Shown here piece by piece: positions 36,800 to 52,029 of a DNA stretch of 64,000 bases (the first letter of the stretch is position 1; every line of letters begins with the position of its first letter). This DNA comes from Chiloscyllium plagiosum (Eukaryota), in NCBI RefSeq assembly GCF_004010195.1, contig NC_057728.1:48038043-48102042 (forward strand), written 5' to 3'. A program made the position numbers and the translations under genes. The notes under the pieces were generated by a model. That model was not told the origin of the DNA, did not search any database, and worked only from the letters and a program-made list of their open reading frames with translations.

Positions 36800-37935
36800 A
36801 ATTACGCCTTTAACCTCAGTGGTGGGAAAGATGCTGGAGTCTATTATAAAGGATGAAATTACGACACATCTGGATAGTAGTAACAGGATAGGACAGAGCC
36901 AGCATGGATTTATGAAGGGGAAATCATGCTTGACTAATCTTCTGGAATTTTTTGAGGATGTAACTCTGAAGATGGATGAGGGAGATCCTGTAGAGATGTA
37001 GTGTACCTGGACTTTCAGAAAGCTTTTGATAAAGTCCCACATAGGAGGTTAGTGAGCAAAATTAGGGCGCATGGTATTGGGGGCAAAGTACTAACTTGGA
37101 TTGAAAGTTGGTTGGCTGATAGGACACAAAGAGTAGTGATAAACTGCTCCATTTCGGAATGGCAGGCAGTGACCAGTGGGGTACCGCAGGGATCAGTGCT
37201 GGGACCGCAGCTTTTTACAATATATGTTAATGATATAGAAGATGGTATTAGTAATAACATTAGCAAATTTGCTGATGATACAAAGCTGGGTGGCAGGGTG
37301 AAATGTGAGGAGGATGTTAGGAGATGACAGGGTGACCTGGACAGGTTAGNNNNNNNNNNNNNNNNNNNNNNNNNNNNNNNNNNNNNNNNNNNNNNNNNNN
37401 NNNNNNNNNNNNNNNNNNNNNNNNNNNNNNNNNNNNNNNNNNNNNNNNNNNNNNNNNNNNNNNNNNNNNNNNNNNNNNNNNNNNNNNNNNNNNNNNNNNN
37501 NNNNNNNNNNNNNNNNNNNNNNNNNNNNNNNNNNNNNNNNNNNNNNNNNNNNNNNNNNNNNNNNNNNNNNNNNNNNNNNNNNNNNNNNNNNNNNNNNNNN
37601 NNNNNNNNNNNNNNNNNNNNNNNNNNNNNNNNNNNNNNNNNNNNNNNNNNNNNNNNNNNNNNNNNNNNNNNNNNNNNNNNNNNNNNNNNNNNNNNNNNNN
37701 NNNNNNNNNNNNNNNNNNNNNNNNNNNNNNNNNNNNNNNNNNNNNNNNNNNNNNNNNNNNNNNNNNNNNNNNNNAGGAAGAGTTGGGTAGAGCTCTCAAG
37801 GATAGTGGAATCAAGGGTTATGGAGATAAGGCAGGAACAGGATACTGATTAAGGATGATCAGCCATGATCATATTGAATGGTGGTGCAGGCTCGAAAGGC
37901 AGAATGGCCTACTCCTGCACCTATTGTCTATTGTC
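36800..37935 (+). mobile_element. CR1 LINE (different subfamily) RT fragment spanning an N-gap
   Basis: YLDFQKAFDKVPHRRL...GVPQGSVLGPQLFTIYVND...SKFADDTKL, with a (CTATTGT) tail. Confidence 0.92.
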
Positions 37936-40269
37936 TAACTTTTTCCTGTTTAAATGGGTTAAAAATTTGTTTCTGCCTATGCCCAATCCTGTTAGTGTAG
38001 CAAATCAGCAAATGTTATGTTTGGTTCTGATTTCCATGCTGCAGCATTCAGCAAAATTGTGATCTGTGATAGCCACATCAGGAGTAATTTTCTAACAGGC
38101 TATGTGTCCATCGAGGCCCATATGTAGCAGTGACTTCCAGCACCAGAGGTCAATACATGATCAGCATGATCAGCATGCCAGTGCCAATACCAATCACAAT
38201 ACATGAAACCTTAGAGTGGCTGTCCACACAGACAGCCATGCAGCTTAGAGAGAAAGTTGCATCTCAGGCATACCTGCCTGAATTACAAATTCATACATTA
38301 GCTCATTTAGCCAGCTTCTAGTTCTTCTTGTGTCCCACTTTAAACATAACCAGCAGCAAAGCTTGTCTTAAACAAGACAAAAGATTACTTTATTGTAAAA
38401 CTATTGCTGAAAGTTGTAAAATGAAAACTGGTAATTATTAGCAAAAAATAATAGATGTGAAGATTAAAAGGAGGTTTGGATCAAAGATATTTAAAAGGAT
38501 GGATGTAAGATCAGCCTGTTATCCTGCAGACCTGTCTTGCTTGAATATTTCTCTTCTTGAAGTGAAGAGATTGAAAACTTGAACAACATCTGTGATGGCT
38601 TCTGCAGGCAAATAATTGAAAGCTTGTTCCAAAGATGGACTGAACAGAACTGGTCCTGGGAGAGAGTGAAGTAAAACTCAGATTAGCCTTCTTCACAAAG
38701 TGTATTGTATTATAATTGTACAGTTTTTACACAAGCACACTGCTGACTGCTTAACAAAGCTTAGCAGCATGCAAGGCTAGCGTGTGTTCCAGCTATCTCC
38801 TAGCTCTTAGAGACAGCCCACTTCTCTTAGAGGGGTACTGTCTTCACAGAAAGCAAATAGCTGCTAACTATCAGCATGACAATTGGAAACAATGTAACTG
38901 GATCACCAGGGCATTGACAGGGCTCCTACGTTCAAAGATGGATAGGCTTGGAGGTAAACAGAATGAGAAAGACATGTTTACATGGGAACTGGGAGACCAT
39001 CAAGGAGTTCCCTCATCAAGGAATGAGAGGAGGTGATTTGGAAGATTAACACCTGGATCTTGGCCTGCAGTGAATGTGACCTCTCATTTCATCTCCAAAC
39101 CACTGAGCCAACTGACTCTGAAGTTGCTTAATGCCCCATATGCCCATAACTCACTCATCGGTACTACCTAAGGATGGAGACTAAGGCCCAGACACTTTAC
39201 CTCACCCTCACACAGTTTCTATTGCTGCCTACCTCATACTCAACTTTTTGTGCATGCACAACTCTCTAGTTGTTCAGCAGTGGCAGACATATTCCCACAG
39301 ACAGGGTAAATCAATCAGTGACATTTTTCCTCTCTCGTTCAAAGCTGACAAGAAAATGGCAAGCTCAAACCTTCACTTCTGATTTTATGCTTTCAGTCAC
39401 TTAAGAAGTCCCACTCTCATCAATCTTAAATAGAAGACTGCCTCACGGACAAAGAATGTTTCTCATCTGATTGGACCCTAGCGCCCACAAGCTCCAGTTC
39501 TGCCAATGTGAGATTGTTTGTTGTTAAAATGGAGTTGTGTCAGCACATGGCCAAACATAAGTGTTATGCAGCCAAGGTAGGAATGGTAAATTTTCATGTC
39601 AGCTCACTAGAGAGCAAGGGCATTGATGGGTTTTTCTGCGCAGGACTCAAATAGAGCCACCAACAGAAAAGACAAGCATAGAGAATAGATGCTGGCAGCA
39701 TCTAAGGAGAGAGAAACAGAATTCCTGTTCAATCCAGGATGACTCATCTTAAGGACTTGAAATATTAACTCAGTCTCTGTCTCCACAGATGCTGCCAAAC
39801 TCACTGAGTTTCTCTAGCATTCTCTGTGTTTACTTCAGATGCCTGTCATCCTCAATATTTTGCTTTTATTCAATGTGCACTGACTTAGATGCACTTCGAG
39901 ATCCTAGGTGTAGTGGCATACCTACAGCCAGCCAATTTTTTGACACTGTCAAAGAGTCTGGTTTGAACGTGGTTGGGCCATCTTGCACAGCTTCCCCTCT
40001 TTGCAGACTCCACTCCACATGTTAGAAACCTGGAAGCCTTGCAACCACAGCTCTCATTCACTTTCATTGTTGTCATTGATGAAGGACCAAATTCTCTGTC
40101 CTTCCCAAATGGATGCTAACTGAGCAACACAGCCCAAAACAATTCACAGGAAGTTGCCATAACAGAAGGAAGTCAACAACACCCCACCTACAAGTTGGGC
40201 GGTAGTTTCCTTTAACTGTATTGGGGTCACTCATGGAGCTGAATGCATGTTCAAGCTTCATATGATCAT

Positions 40270-40458
40270 AGTCAAAACGTGTGGTGCTGGAAAAGCACAG
40301 CCGGTCAGACACATCCAAGGAGCAGGAGAGTCGATGTTTTGAACATAAGCTCTTCAGCATTGACTCTCCTGCTCCTTGGATGCTGCCTGACCGGCTGTGC
40401 TTTTCCAGCACCACACTTTTTGACTCTGATCTCCAGAATCTGCAGTCCTCACTTTCCC
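40270..40458. mobile_element. Palindromic mini Penelope-like insertion, family A, older
   Basis: Imperfect inverted arms plus tail. 14-bp TSD CTTCATATGATCAT at 40256-40269 and 40459-40472. Confidence 0.88.
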
Positions 40459-41969
40459 CTTCATATGATCATCACAGGTTCCACTTCACCTGGACAGCCC
40501 ACAATTCAGTCAAGGTCAAATCAGCTGAAAATGCTGTTTGGCATCTCAAGCGACCACTCCTGATTTGCCTGTCACCAGCTTTTTCCCAAATTGTGGCACT
40601 AAGAAGGCTGCAGCAGAAATAGTCAGAACCACAGCACATGACATTTTTAGTCTCAGCACCCTGTTAAGTAGCTATTAATTTTCTTTCTGTCTACATAAAT
40701 ATTTTTGAGTCCTCCAGGCACCTTTTTGTTTGTTTTTAAGTTGCAAAATCTGTAATTAAAACATTATTTTCCAATTGTTTCAGAATCAGCTAATGTTTTG
40801 GGCAAAGTTTGCGGATAGTCAAAGCTAGGGAACTCAAGTACTGATTCCTAGTTTGACAGTGAGTTCTTGTAGATCCACTTTTCTGGAAGCTCAGCTTCAG
40901 TCAGTTGCAGTTCTAGTAGTATTGGCATTACGTTCAGATACTTTCCTGCATGCACAAATTTGATGAGTATATCGTCTGTCAACAACCAATTCTACCACAA
41001 TTTAGCATGCATCTTAGAAAATGGTCTATTTGAATTATATACTAGATTTAGGTTCAACACCATTTTGTCACCAAAAATAAGATCAGACTTTGAATCCTAG
41101 ATACAGTTTTGTGATGAAACAACGCTATTTTATTGTTCAATTTTAACTCTCAGTAACTATTAATGCATGTTTATTATTGCATTGTACCTGATGGTGAGGA
41201 TATGGAGTAGGCCAGGTAGCTGCTCTACAGATGACAAACTTTTATCACATGATCAATCACATGATCACTGAGGTTAGACAGACAGCACTACTTACCTCAG
41301 TGGCTATTTTATATCATCGTCAACCCTACCACTACAAAATTGAACTGCTTTTTGATTAATGCCATATAAGGGTTTGGATTTTTGATTGCCAAAATAAGGA
41401 GTTTACTGTTAAATGAATAATCACTTAAGAATTGACTGAGTAGCACTCATTTCCCTTAGCAGAGAACTTAATAATCAGGGGGTAGAGATTTAAGGTAATT
41501 GGTAGAGGGACTAGAAAGGAGTTGAGTAGGATTTATTTTCAACCAGAAAGTCTTGGGGATCTGGAACTCACTGCCTGTTTTGGTGGAGGAAGCAAAAGAA
41601 ATTGCATTAAAAACAAACCTGGATATACACTTAAAATATCATAACTTATAAGGATACAGACCAACAGATGGAAGAAAGGATTAGATTGGAAGATTTCTAT
41701 TTAGTTACATTTTGATAATTTAACAGTTAAGACCTAATTGCTGCAAAATCATGAGGGGTTGAGTGGCCTCCTTTTGTGCAGTACTTTTCATAACATAATT
41801 TTGCTTCGATACATGATGCATTTGAAAAACATTACATGATGTGCTTGCAACAGTTACCAGACATTGTAACTTATACAGACTGTTGCATTAGAGTAATTTT
41901 GCAGATAAGATAGAAAATAAGAACATATTGTTTTAAAACTTAAAAGACACAGGTATTAGTACAAGTGAT

Positions 41970-42190
41970 GGAGTTCATTCTAGTGTCCTGGCCAATATTT
42001 TTCCCCTGACTAACATAACAAACAGATTATCTTGTCATTCCCTCATTGACTCTTGTAGGAACTATTGGCTGTCATGTTTCCCACATTACTATAGTGACTA
42101 GACTTCAAAAGTTTCAGACCTGTGCTTTACACTTGGAAAGCATTCTGAGATGACCTGATGCCCTAAAAGACGCTGTATAAATACTAGTTT
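41970..42190 (+). mobile_element. Deu-domain SINE fragment
   Basis: GTGTCCTGGCCAATATTT...AACAGATTATCTTGTCATT...CATTACTATAGTGACTAGACTTCAAAAGT...CGCTGTATAAAT. Confidence 0.7.
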
Positions 42191-45100
42191 GTGCCTTATG
42201 AAATTGAGATGTCCAATCAACAGTACAATCAGTAGAGATTGAGACACAATTATATTGAAGTTTCTGAATAGCAAGCTAAATTCAAAAATGTACTCTCATT
42301 GGTGGAACTCAGTACTGATGAAAGTTTCCTTGAGAGAGGTATAATGTAGCCAGGTAAGAAATTGGGTTCTTACAGGCTGTTCATGTGCATGTTATATTGT
42401 GACCAGAGTAGTGCACATACCTATTTTTATATTTAGTGCTTTACTTTGACTGCATTAAATTCCATCTGTCATTTCCTGATCCATGCATATAGTTTGCAGT
42501 TTGGTATTAATGTGAGAAATCTATGTGCAGAACATCAAACACAAAAGGACATCTCACTGAGGTATGTTTGATAGGAATATTATTTCCACAACTGAGAGGA
42601 CTATGTAGATCATGTCATGAGCAAAGGAGTGAATTATTAGCAAGCTCTTTAAAATGGACCTAAAACTTATGTCACACAGACCGCAAAGAAGCATAGCTTT
42701 CTGAATAGTTATGTGATATTTCACACAAGACAAATAAATCACGAATTTAACTTTTCAATGTTGGGCTGAGCTGGGAAATAAAAAGGAAACCATGCTGAGA
42801 TGTGATTGTTTTATTGTGACCTCATAAGGACAAACATATGAAGCTTATTTGCATAGCTCTGAAACCACAGAAGACTTGGGATCAAAACCTCTTACAGATC
42901 CTCTTACAGATTAATCTCATCATTGGCTATTGTATTCATTAAAAAGCTCAGTACTCCACTCAGTTCTGTCATTCTATTAACATTTTCTTTTGCTTGCAAT
43001 GTGGCTCTTAAAGGGATAGTTCTGATGAAAAACATGTTTGAAAACAATTTTTTACTGGATTAAGGCGAAGAGTTGTTGCCATGCATTATCATGTGATTTA
43101 TATCCTTATAGTTTTGTTGATTTTGGAATGTATAAATTGCTTTGCAGCTGTCAAATTACTAATTAAACACAAATAACATTGCAGGGCATTATTAAATTGG
43201 GGGTCTGCTAATCTGATGATTCAGCTCAGAATAAATACAGATTAATGACAGGATTCCAGAACTGGATTTAGCAAATTTATCTGGTGAATCCCCAAGTAAA
43301 AGGGCAATCAGTTTTTTTTTTGCAGTTAGCTTATTTCATTTGGGGCACCATAACAGGAGACAAATAGTACTCAGGTTCTCATTCCTCATGACAGTTTTTC
43401 AGTTATTGATATGGTTGGCAACGAGCCTGAGCATGGTTTGAAGTTCGCATTCCAAAAGACAGCCCCAGAATATGCTCCAGTTTTCCAGGTGAGGATGATG
43501 GAGGCTATGGAGAGGGATTTAGGAGCCCACTCATCTCCAACCAATTATTTGTTTTGCTCCTTGAGGGGCTTGTTAACAAGCCTGAGAGGGCAAGAATGCA
43601 AATTTTAATGGACAAATGGATGACTCTATAACAGCCTGATGCACATTGGAGCACAGCCTTCTGATTCAGTGTGAGGAGAAATAAAAGACTTTTTAAATTA
43701 TAAGTTGAGAAATGTTGAGATGTGGCGATCTGACACCATTTCATACATTTTACTCTTCTTTTGGTTGTCTAGCCACTGTCATGATTATTTTGGCTGCTTG
43801 CGCTCTAAGATGCTCTTTGGCAAGGCAGTGACTGATCCTATCATGGCTGCCGTCCACCTTTGCCACTTGCTTCCCACAGGTAGTTTCCACCTCCTGGTAA
43901 GGTTTGGTACCACGCCTTGTGTGTTGAGCTTGCCTTTGGCCCAATTACAAAATTTATATTTAACAATAGCATTGCATATCTGTGGCACATTGTTCAGACC
44001 CTGAAATTATCCAGGCATCGTGTTCCCAAACCTGAATTGAAAATCCAAGCCCTCACTGCAATTGAGTGACCCAGCTTGCTGTACGTTCACATATCCATCA
44101 GCTGAGAATGAGATTGGGATTAATGACCAACAACAAGACAATCAAGAGGACATTGAATGATTAATTTGATAAAAATAATGGGCAAGGGTATGGGTAAACA
44201 GCAGGAGATTGGCACTAAGTGATGGGACTCACATAATGAGCTGGTGCAGGCACAATGGGCCAAATGGCCCCTTGCTGCACTGTAACACTTGCGTGACTGT
44301 GTGAGCATCAGACCTTTGCATTGTACATTTAAAACAAAAGAACATCCTGGACTGTTTCTCTGCAGTTTGATTAAACAAATGTTGCCAGCTATTGTCAGTC
44401 ATTTCTTAGGCTTATATGAGGAATTGCATTTGGATGATTTATAAGAGAACAACTGGAGTCTATAGAACTGTGGGCCATCAAAGAGTCAACTACTGTGCAA
44501 AGAAATGACAGCCATAAAACGGTTTAAGGGTTTCCAATTTAACTGAAAAGGGATGAGCTGGAAAGCCACATTCTATTGTTAGTAGCACTTATTGTGCTGT
44601 CTGTTCCTTTTTAACTGAAATTACATGCAGGCCACCATTTTTGATGTCTAGCTCATAATTATATAGCCTTCCTTAACTATGGTAATTTAATTATAGATGG
44701 GCAATTCTTGTGGCTTAGCATTTCCTGTACTGTGGAAAGATGAACATCAATTTGAAGGACGTGCTCTTGAAGCAGAGAATTCATGTCTATGGGAGTTACA
44801 ATATCACGGGGAGATCCTTGTCTGTCCATGAAGCAAAATATCTGCCCTTTACTCCCATCAGCCACAGTTCTGAACCATTTTCTGCCATAAGGCTTATTGT
44901 AATAATGTTGTGAACTTTTCCTGTATTAAGAGGGGACCTATTAGTGTGAGCGTGGATGCTGCAGGAGAACAGAAGAGGTGACTCAGGACCTTAAAAAGGA
45001 CAATGTAGACCAAAGCTACAGAGTCCTGAGATCTTGTATCTGGTCTTATCAGAGAGGCAGACACTACATGGCCCTCTCCCTTTAATGGGTGGGCAAGCGC

Positions 45101-46039
45101 TTTGGCAAGTTAGCACATAATTAGCTCATAAAAAGTAGAAAAACATTCATTCTATCTTGCACAAAGATTGTCTGTAGACTGGCGACAGAATCCTCCCTTC
45201 AGTAAATTACACTGTGCTGTGGAATGTTTATTTTTGTCACTGAAATGTGCTCTGGTTGGAGAAAAAAATTGAGCAAATTGTTCACTGTGTTTGTGTGCTC
45301 GTGGCTTCAAAGTGGTCCCAAAATTACAGATGTTTCAGCATAAGTATATATTTTATTTGAAAACAGATTTTGCCACCTCCTGCCTTAAGTTCAAATTTAA
45401 CTTTTCCATCATGCAACTTCCTGAGCAGACCACTAGCCTATAGTCTGAGCCAACTTGAGCTGCACATAAAATATACAAGGGCATTTCATCATCTGCTGCC
45501 ACTTCTTGACATTGTACTTATTTAAAATTATCCCTTGGATGTGCTCACTGTTTATTGCCAATCCCTAACAGCCCTTGAGAAAGTGACAGTGAACTACATA
45601 CTTGAACTGCTGCAGTCCATGTGATGTCAGAAAGGGAGTTCCAGGGTTTTGACCTTACAACAAGTAAAGCAACAGTGATATATTTCCAAGTCAGGACAGT
45701 GTGTGGTTTGCAAGGATGCTTGTGGGTGGTGGTGGTCCCATATATCTGCTGCTCATGTCCTTTGATGTGGTACAGGTCATGGCTTTGGAAGGTAATGCTG
45801 AAGAACCTTGGTGTTGCAGTTGTGAAAGTTTTGTATTGGATTCATGTTTGATCCTTTTCTTAACTGCCACCCAGCTCAAACCAATTAATTACCTATCTTG
45901 TGTAAATCAGTTTATGTGTATATGTGTGTCTGTCTATAGTTAATAGCCTCTCTTTCAATCTCTCTATTCTTGACATTATGGCTATCATTCATTCAAGTTC
46001 TTCTCTTTTGCTCCTAACAACCTCTAACCTACAGTACTA

Positions 46040-46322
46040 GAATTGTAGAATGCTCTAGTGTGGAAGCAGGCCATTCAGCCCACGGAGTCCACACAAGGCT
46101 TCTGAAGAGCTTCCCACCAGACTCACCCCCTAACCTATCCATGCAATTTCCCAGAGCTAATTTGCCTGGCCTACATATCTTTGGTCTGTGGTAGGTAACT
46201 AGAGCACCCAGAGGAAAACCATGCAGACATGGGGAGAATATGCAAATTCCAAGGCTGGAATCAAATCCAGGTGCCTGGCACTATGAGGCAGCAGTGCTAA
46301 CCACTGAACCACTGTGCCACCC
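46040..46322 (-). mobile_element. HE1-type V-SINE, degenerate
   Basis: Head, V-domain and tail are recognisable. Confidence 0.8.
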
Positions 46323-46359
46323 CATTCATACATTCTCACTGTGCTGATTTGTATCATCG

Positions 46360-46735
46360 AGCCATTGAGTCCAATCAGTCCATGCCGAACATAATCCCAA
46401 ACTAAACTAGACCCATCTGCCTGGTCCTGGCTCAGATCCTTCCAAACCTTTCCATAGGCTTACCTAAGTGTCTTTTAAATGTTGTAACTATGCCTTCATT
46501 CAACACTTCCTCAGGAAGTTCATTCCACATGCAAACCACCTTCTGTGTAAATTATTTACCCCTCACGTCTTTTTTAAATCTCCCACCTCTCACTTTAAAA
46601 ATATGACCCTTAATCTTGAAATGCCCCATACTTAGGAGAAGACACCTGCTGTTCCTGTTATGAATTTATAAACCTCTGTAAGGTCATCTCTCAACCTTCT
46701 ACGCTCCAATGAAAGGTCCCAGCCTATCCAGCCTT
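46360..46735 (-). mobile_element. CR1 LINE 3' fragment
   Basis: Similar to the reverse complement of the CR1 3' ends elsewhere in the window. Confidence 0.75.
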
Positions 46736-48097
46736 CTACATCAATGCATTCCTTCCCAGTGCCTCAAAAACATCACCATTTGTAATTTTCCTTATCTAAA
46801 TTGATGTCACCATCACTTTTAAACAGATTTCTCAATTGTGTATGAAAAGTGTTTCCCTGTATTCACACTATTCCTTAGGGCTGATACATTACTAGTTATA
46901 GTGAAACTGTGTTGAATTATCTTGGATGACACAAAAATATCCAAACTTTCCCAGCAGCAGAATAGCAAATCTCACAGAACAGTGGTTGTGACATATCAAA
47001 ATTCTACTCCCGTTCACTCTGGATTAAGCAAGTACATCTAAACTTGACATATGGCCACACTAAGCAATCAGAGCAGACATAGACCACTTGAGTTCAAAAT
47101 AATGACGTGTAGGGCAAGCAATTGAGATTGAGTCTCCCTGGGAAACCTGAGAGTGTGACTCAACCTGGCCGGACATTGTTGATCGAAGAGCTGAAATTGA
47201 TACAGCAAGTTGAAAATTGCATGAAGCAGAAAGTGACTACTTTGTTCACCATTATGAATCATATGGTGAAGATCTTGGAACAGCAGGTCTTCACTATGGC
47301 AAGGATGAGGAGAATGGTAGTCTAGTCCAACATCAAAGGGGCTCTGCTAATGAAATCGAAGGTACCTCGAGCAGAGAACATGCTCATCACCAATATAGGA
47401 AAGGGGAGTGCCCCTTGTAAAGAGGGTCACAAGGAGTCACCCACAGCAATGAATGACTGGAGTAATTCAAGACAATCTTGTTTCTCAGTTCCACCCAAAT
47501 AACTTCCCTGGATGTATTTCTGGGAATATCCTCCCTCAGCACAACTGTAATGCNNNNNNNNNNNNNNNNNNNNNNNNNNNNNNNNNNNNNNNNNNNNNNN
47601 NNNNNNNNNNNNNNNNNNNNNNNNNNNNNNNNNNNNNNNNNNNNNNNNNNNNNNNNNNNNNNNNNNNNNNNNNNNNNNNNNNNNNNNNNNNNNNNNNNNN
47701 NNNNNNNNNNNNNNNNNNNNNNNNNNNNNNNNNNNNNNNNNNNNNNNNNNNNNNNNNNNNNNNNNNNNNNNNNNNNNNNNNNNNNNNNNNNNNNNNNNNN
47801 NNNNNNNNNNNNNNNNNNNNNNNNNNNNNNNNNNNNNNNNNNNNNNNNNNNNNNNNNNNNNNNNNNNNNNNNNNNNNNNNNNNNNNNNNNNNNNNNNNNN
47901 NNNNNNNNNNNNNNNNNNNNNNNNNNNNNNNNNNNNNNNNNNNNNNNNNNNNNNNNNNNNNNNNNNNNNNNNNNNNNNNNNNNNNNNNNNNNNNNNNNNN
48001 NNNNNNNNNNNNNNNNNNNNNNNNNNNNNNNNNNNNNNNNNNNNNNNNNNNNNNNNNNNNNNNNNNNNNNNNNNNNNNNNNNNNNNNNNNNNNNNNN

Positions 48098-49200
48098 TCT
48101 CATGGAATACAGGGAGAACTAGCCATTTGGATACAGAACTGGCTCAAAGGTAGAAGACAGAGGGTGGTTGTGGAAGGTTGTTTTTCAGACTGGAGGCCTG
48201 TGGAATGCCACAAGGATCGGTGCTGGGTCCACTACTTTTCATCATTTATATAAATGATTTGAATGTGAGCATAAGAGGTATAGTTAGTAAGTTTGCAGAT
48301 GACACCAAAATTGAAAATATAGTGAACAGCGAAGAAGGTTACCTCAGATTACAATGGGATCTTGATCAGATGGGCCAATGGGCTGAGGAGTGGCACATGG
48401 AGTTTAATTTAGATAAATGTGAGGTGCTGCATTTTGGGAAAGCAAATCTGAGCAAGACTTATACACTTAATGGTAAGATCCTAGGGAGTGTTGCTGAACA
48501 AAGAGACCTTAGAGTGCAGGTTCACAGCTCCTTGAAAGTAGAGTGGCAGGTAGATAAGATAGTAAAGATGGCATTTGGTACACTTTCTTTTATTGGTCAG
48601 AGTACTGAGTACAGGAGTTGGGAGGTCATGTTGCAGCTGTACAGGACATTGGTTAGGTCACTTGGAATATTGCATGCAATTCTGGTCTCCTTCCTATCGG
48701 AAAATGTTGTGATACTTGAAAGGGTTCAGAAAAGATTTACATAGATGTTGCCAGGGTTGGAGGATTTGAGCTACAGGGAGAGGTTGAACAGGCTGGGGCT
48801 GTTTTCCGTGGAGGGTCGGAGGCTGAGGGGTGACCTTATAGAGGTTTATAAAATCATGAGGGGCATGGATAGGATAAATAAACAAAGTCTTTTCTCTGTG
48901 TGAGACAGTCCAGAACTAGAGGGCATAGGTTTAGGGTGAGAGGGGAAAGATATAAAAAAGATCTAAGGGGCACCTTTTTCAAGCAGAGCATGGTACATAT
49001 ATATGGGATGAGCTGCCAGAGGGAGTGGTGGAGGCTGGTACAATTGCAACATTTAAAAGGCATCTGGAAGGGATATGAATAGGAAGGGCTTGGAGGGATA
49101 TGGGCCAGGACTAGATTGGGTTGGGATATCTGGTCACATTGTCAAGTTGGACCGAAGGGTCTGTTTCTATGCTGTACATCTCTACGACTCTATGATTCTA
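48098..49200 (+). mobile_element. CR1 LINE 3' part (RT) following an N-gap
   Basis: PQGSVLGPLLFIIYINDL...SKFADDTK...FNLDKCEVLHFG, with an (ACTCTATG) tail. Confidence 0.92.
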
Positions 49201-49989
49201 AAAGGTCTTTCACACGGTAAGCAGTGATGGTGCAGCAGTTACAATGACAGCCAATTGTCTGCAAGACTTTCTCATCCACCCCTTGTATGACCATGCAGCA
49301 AAAGAGATTTTTAACACGAATGACACCAGACAGTTTACCTTCTCTTGCCAAACAGATTGCTGAAAAGCAGAGCAAGGAACCTGTCACAGCCAATGACATG
49401 GATGGCATCAGAAAGGAGCCATCTTGGGATCGGAAAGACAAAGAAGCCACATTTGCTTTGTGAAAGTCACGGCACTACCCAAGCAATGAGAGGCTTACAA
49501 AACCGCCTGGGTGACCTCCAGCATTTTTGAAGACCAGATCAGGAAAGTGGACAAAATGTAACTATGGGACAAAAGGAGGGCTATCATCACGTAAAGACAA
49601 CTGGTATGCACACTCCAACATTGCTGGCATTAACATCATCAAACCGATGTTATTTCCTCTCAAAGCAATCAATGTGCAATGGAATGGGAGAGTTAGAGAG
49701 ATGGTGAGGGTAGGATTAGAAACTCAAAAGCTCTCTGCCAACAGCAGCTGGCTTCTTACATGATTGAAGCCATCAATAAGAAGCTGTAATTCAGACCAAA
49801 AATTTCAGGGGCCATGTTTGTAATGAAAACGCTGTAGAAGATGGTGACTAAAGTCAAAATCACCTACAGCTTTCGCCATGTGGGTATGACTGCACAAGGT
49901 GATAAGATGAGGAGCAGGTGTGAGGCCAACTAAACCAATGACCAAGTATTTTCCACTAGCTTATAAAATGCAGGATGAATCTTGAAAAC

Positions 49990-50310
49990 AATACTGAAGG
50001 AATGCTGTACTGTTGAAGATACTGTCTTTCAGATTAAATGTTACCCTGAGATCCCACTGCCCTCTTGTGCAGATGTGAAAGATCCCAAGTCACTATGTGA
50101 AAAAGACAGAAGAATTCATCCTGGTATTCTGGGTGAATATTTACTCCTCACCCATAACCACTCATCCAGATGAGCTGGTCAGCTGGTCATTATCAGATAG
50201 TCACATAGTTTACAAATTGAATGTAGTGTTTCCTATATTGTGTGATTGCAATTTATAAGCATTTAATTGTTTATGAAGTATTTTGTGACAGCATTGTATG
50301 ATAATAGGAA
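49990..50310 (+). mobile_element. Deu-domain SINE, degenerate
   Basis: GATGTGAAAGATCCCAAGTCACTAT...CCTGGTATTCTGGGTGAATATTTA...CTGGTCATTATCA. Confidence 0.55.
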
Positions 50311-50372
50311 TGCTTATGTTATTACATGATGATGTGATGACATCAGAAGTTACATGGTACCGAGACTGAAGC

Positions 50373-50432
50373 GCTTTTCCAGCAACACATTTCCAGCTCT
50401 GATCTCCAGCATCTGCAGACCTCACTTTCTCC
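50373..50432 (+). mobile_element. Family A PLE 3' tail fragment
   Basis: GCTTTTCCAGCAACAC...TCTGATCTCCAGCATCTGCAGACCTCACTTTCTCC. Confidence 0.75.
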
Positions 50433-52029
50433 GCAAAGTCTGGAATGTCAACTGTAAGACAGAGATCAGCTTTCTATACATTGTCATGTAAATCAAAAAA
50501 AAGTTAGTTGGAAATCAGACAATAGTCACTTTTACATAAGGAAGAGACAGTGATGTGGCAGTCTTAGAACAGGGGCTGTCTTGTCTATGAAAGCAAGCTC
50601 TGTAGTGCAGAACTGAAACCAGACATGCAGACTTTGTGGAAGGCAGTCTTTCAGAATTCAACAGCATATTGTATCCACAGTGTCAGTGCAATCCATGAAA
50701 CAGCTTAAACCCATCTTGACCATGGGAAGATAAAAATGCATTCTTTCTTCTTCGAGTTGTGCTATGTTTTATGTCTTCCCTTTTAGTGTGTCTAGTTAAC
50801 TGCTCCAGACATTTAACCTTCCACAAATCACTGCGTAGTGATTCAGTTTAATTTCTTTTACGTCACTGCATGTTCATCTTGAGCTGATGGCATTTGTTAC
50901 CTTGTGAGGCTTATCATTTTCTAACGAAGCAGTTTCTAAAAAAGGTTTTGAAGCCTGGCATATTTCCTGAATATGATTCTCATAAGTTTATGAGTTGTTG
51001 AAACTACAATGACTCTGTACACAGGAAATTATGTGCCAATCAACCAAGTTCCCATGGTGACAGGAAGCACTGGTAGCTTGGATATTGATTTGCATTTGGC
51101 TTTTGTGCTCTATACAGCCCTTGCTTTTCCTTTTTAGCCCAACATGAAAAAATCTAATCAATGCTTCACAGCGTTGTACTAAATTTTGCGAACTATACAA
51201 TTTGACAGCATTTTGATTGACTTACTAGGAACACCAGAAAAAAAAGTCTAGACTTTTTGTAAGTCAAACACTGCAGCTATGCTACTTTATTGCTTAAAAT
51301 GTACTTAGAGTTCAGAGGATCCACTGCATTTCAGTGGATTTTGTGTTAGAAATTACTTAATGTATTATTATTTTTCCTGGGTTTTGAAAAGTGCATAGAA
51401 GCTGGAATATTATTTGCAAGAAGATTGCCCAACGTTTACAGGAAACCGCGAAGGACTAACCAAAGCTCATTTTCGGTGGTAGGAAAAGAACTCCGAAATC
51501 CTGGCATCACTGAGGTCCTGCTGGACCTTGACAAGCTGCAGGTCACTGGGTGGGAAAGACCGTGTCGAAAGCAAAGAATGGGAACTTTTGAGGGGTAGAC
51601 CCTATAAACAAGGAATTGGACGATAGGGGAAAGATTATGTGGCAGAAGTAGGGAAGTTGGTTAGACTGACATTGGGGTGGGACGTGGGGAGAAACTGGAA
51701 GTTGCAAGTTTTGTTTGGGGAATGGGAGCAACAGCCAAAGCTAATCATTATTATGGATCTGCCCCAGCTGCTGGGAGAAAGTATTCTGTTTCATCCTGGC
51801 CCACAAGCAGTAAACAGTTCCCTTCTTCCTTTGGCTTCTCCCGTCTCCATTTTCTCTTTGAAGGTCCCACATTTGGGAAACCTGGTCAGTCAGTGCTAAT
51901 TTTAAATCGGGCTATGAGCTAAACCAATTTAAATGTTAGCAAGAAGAGTCTACCTTGCAAGATTGCAGTATATACATGCAGCTCAGCGATGTGAGAATGA
52001 TGGGTGGCATATGTAGACGTAGTGTTAAT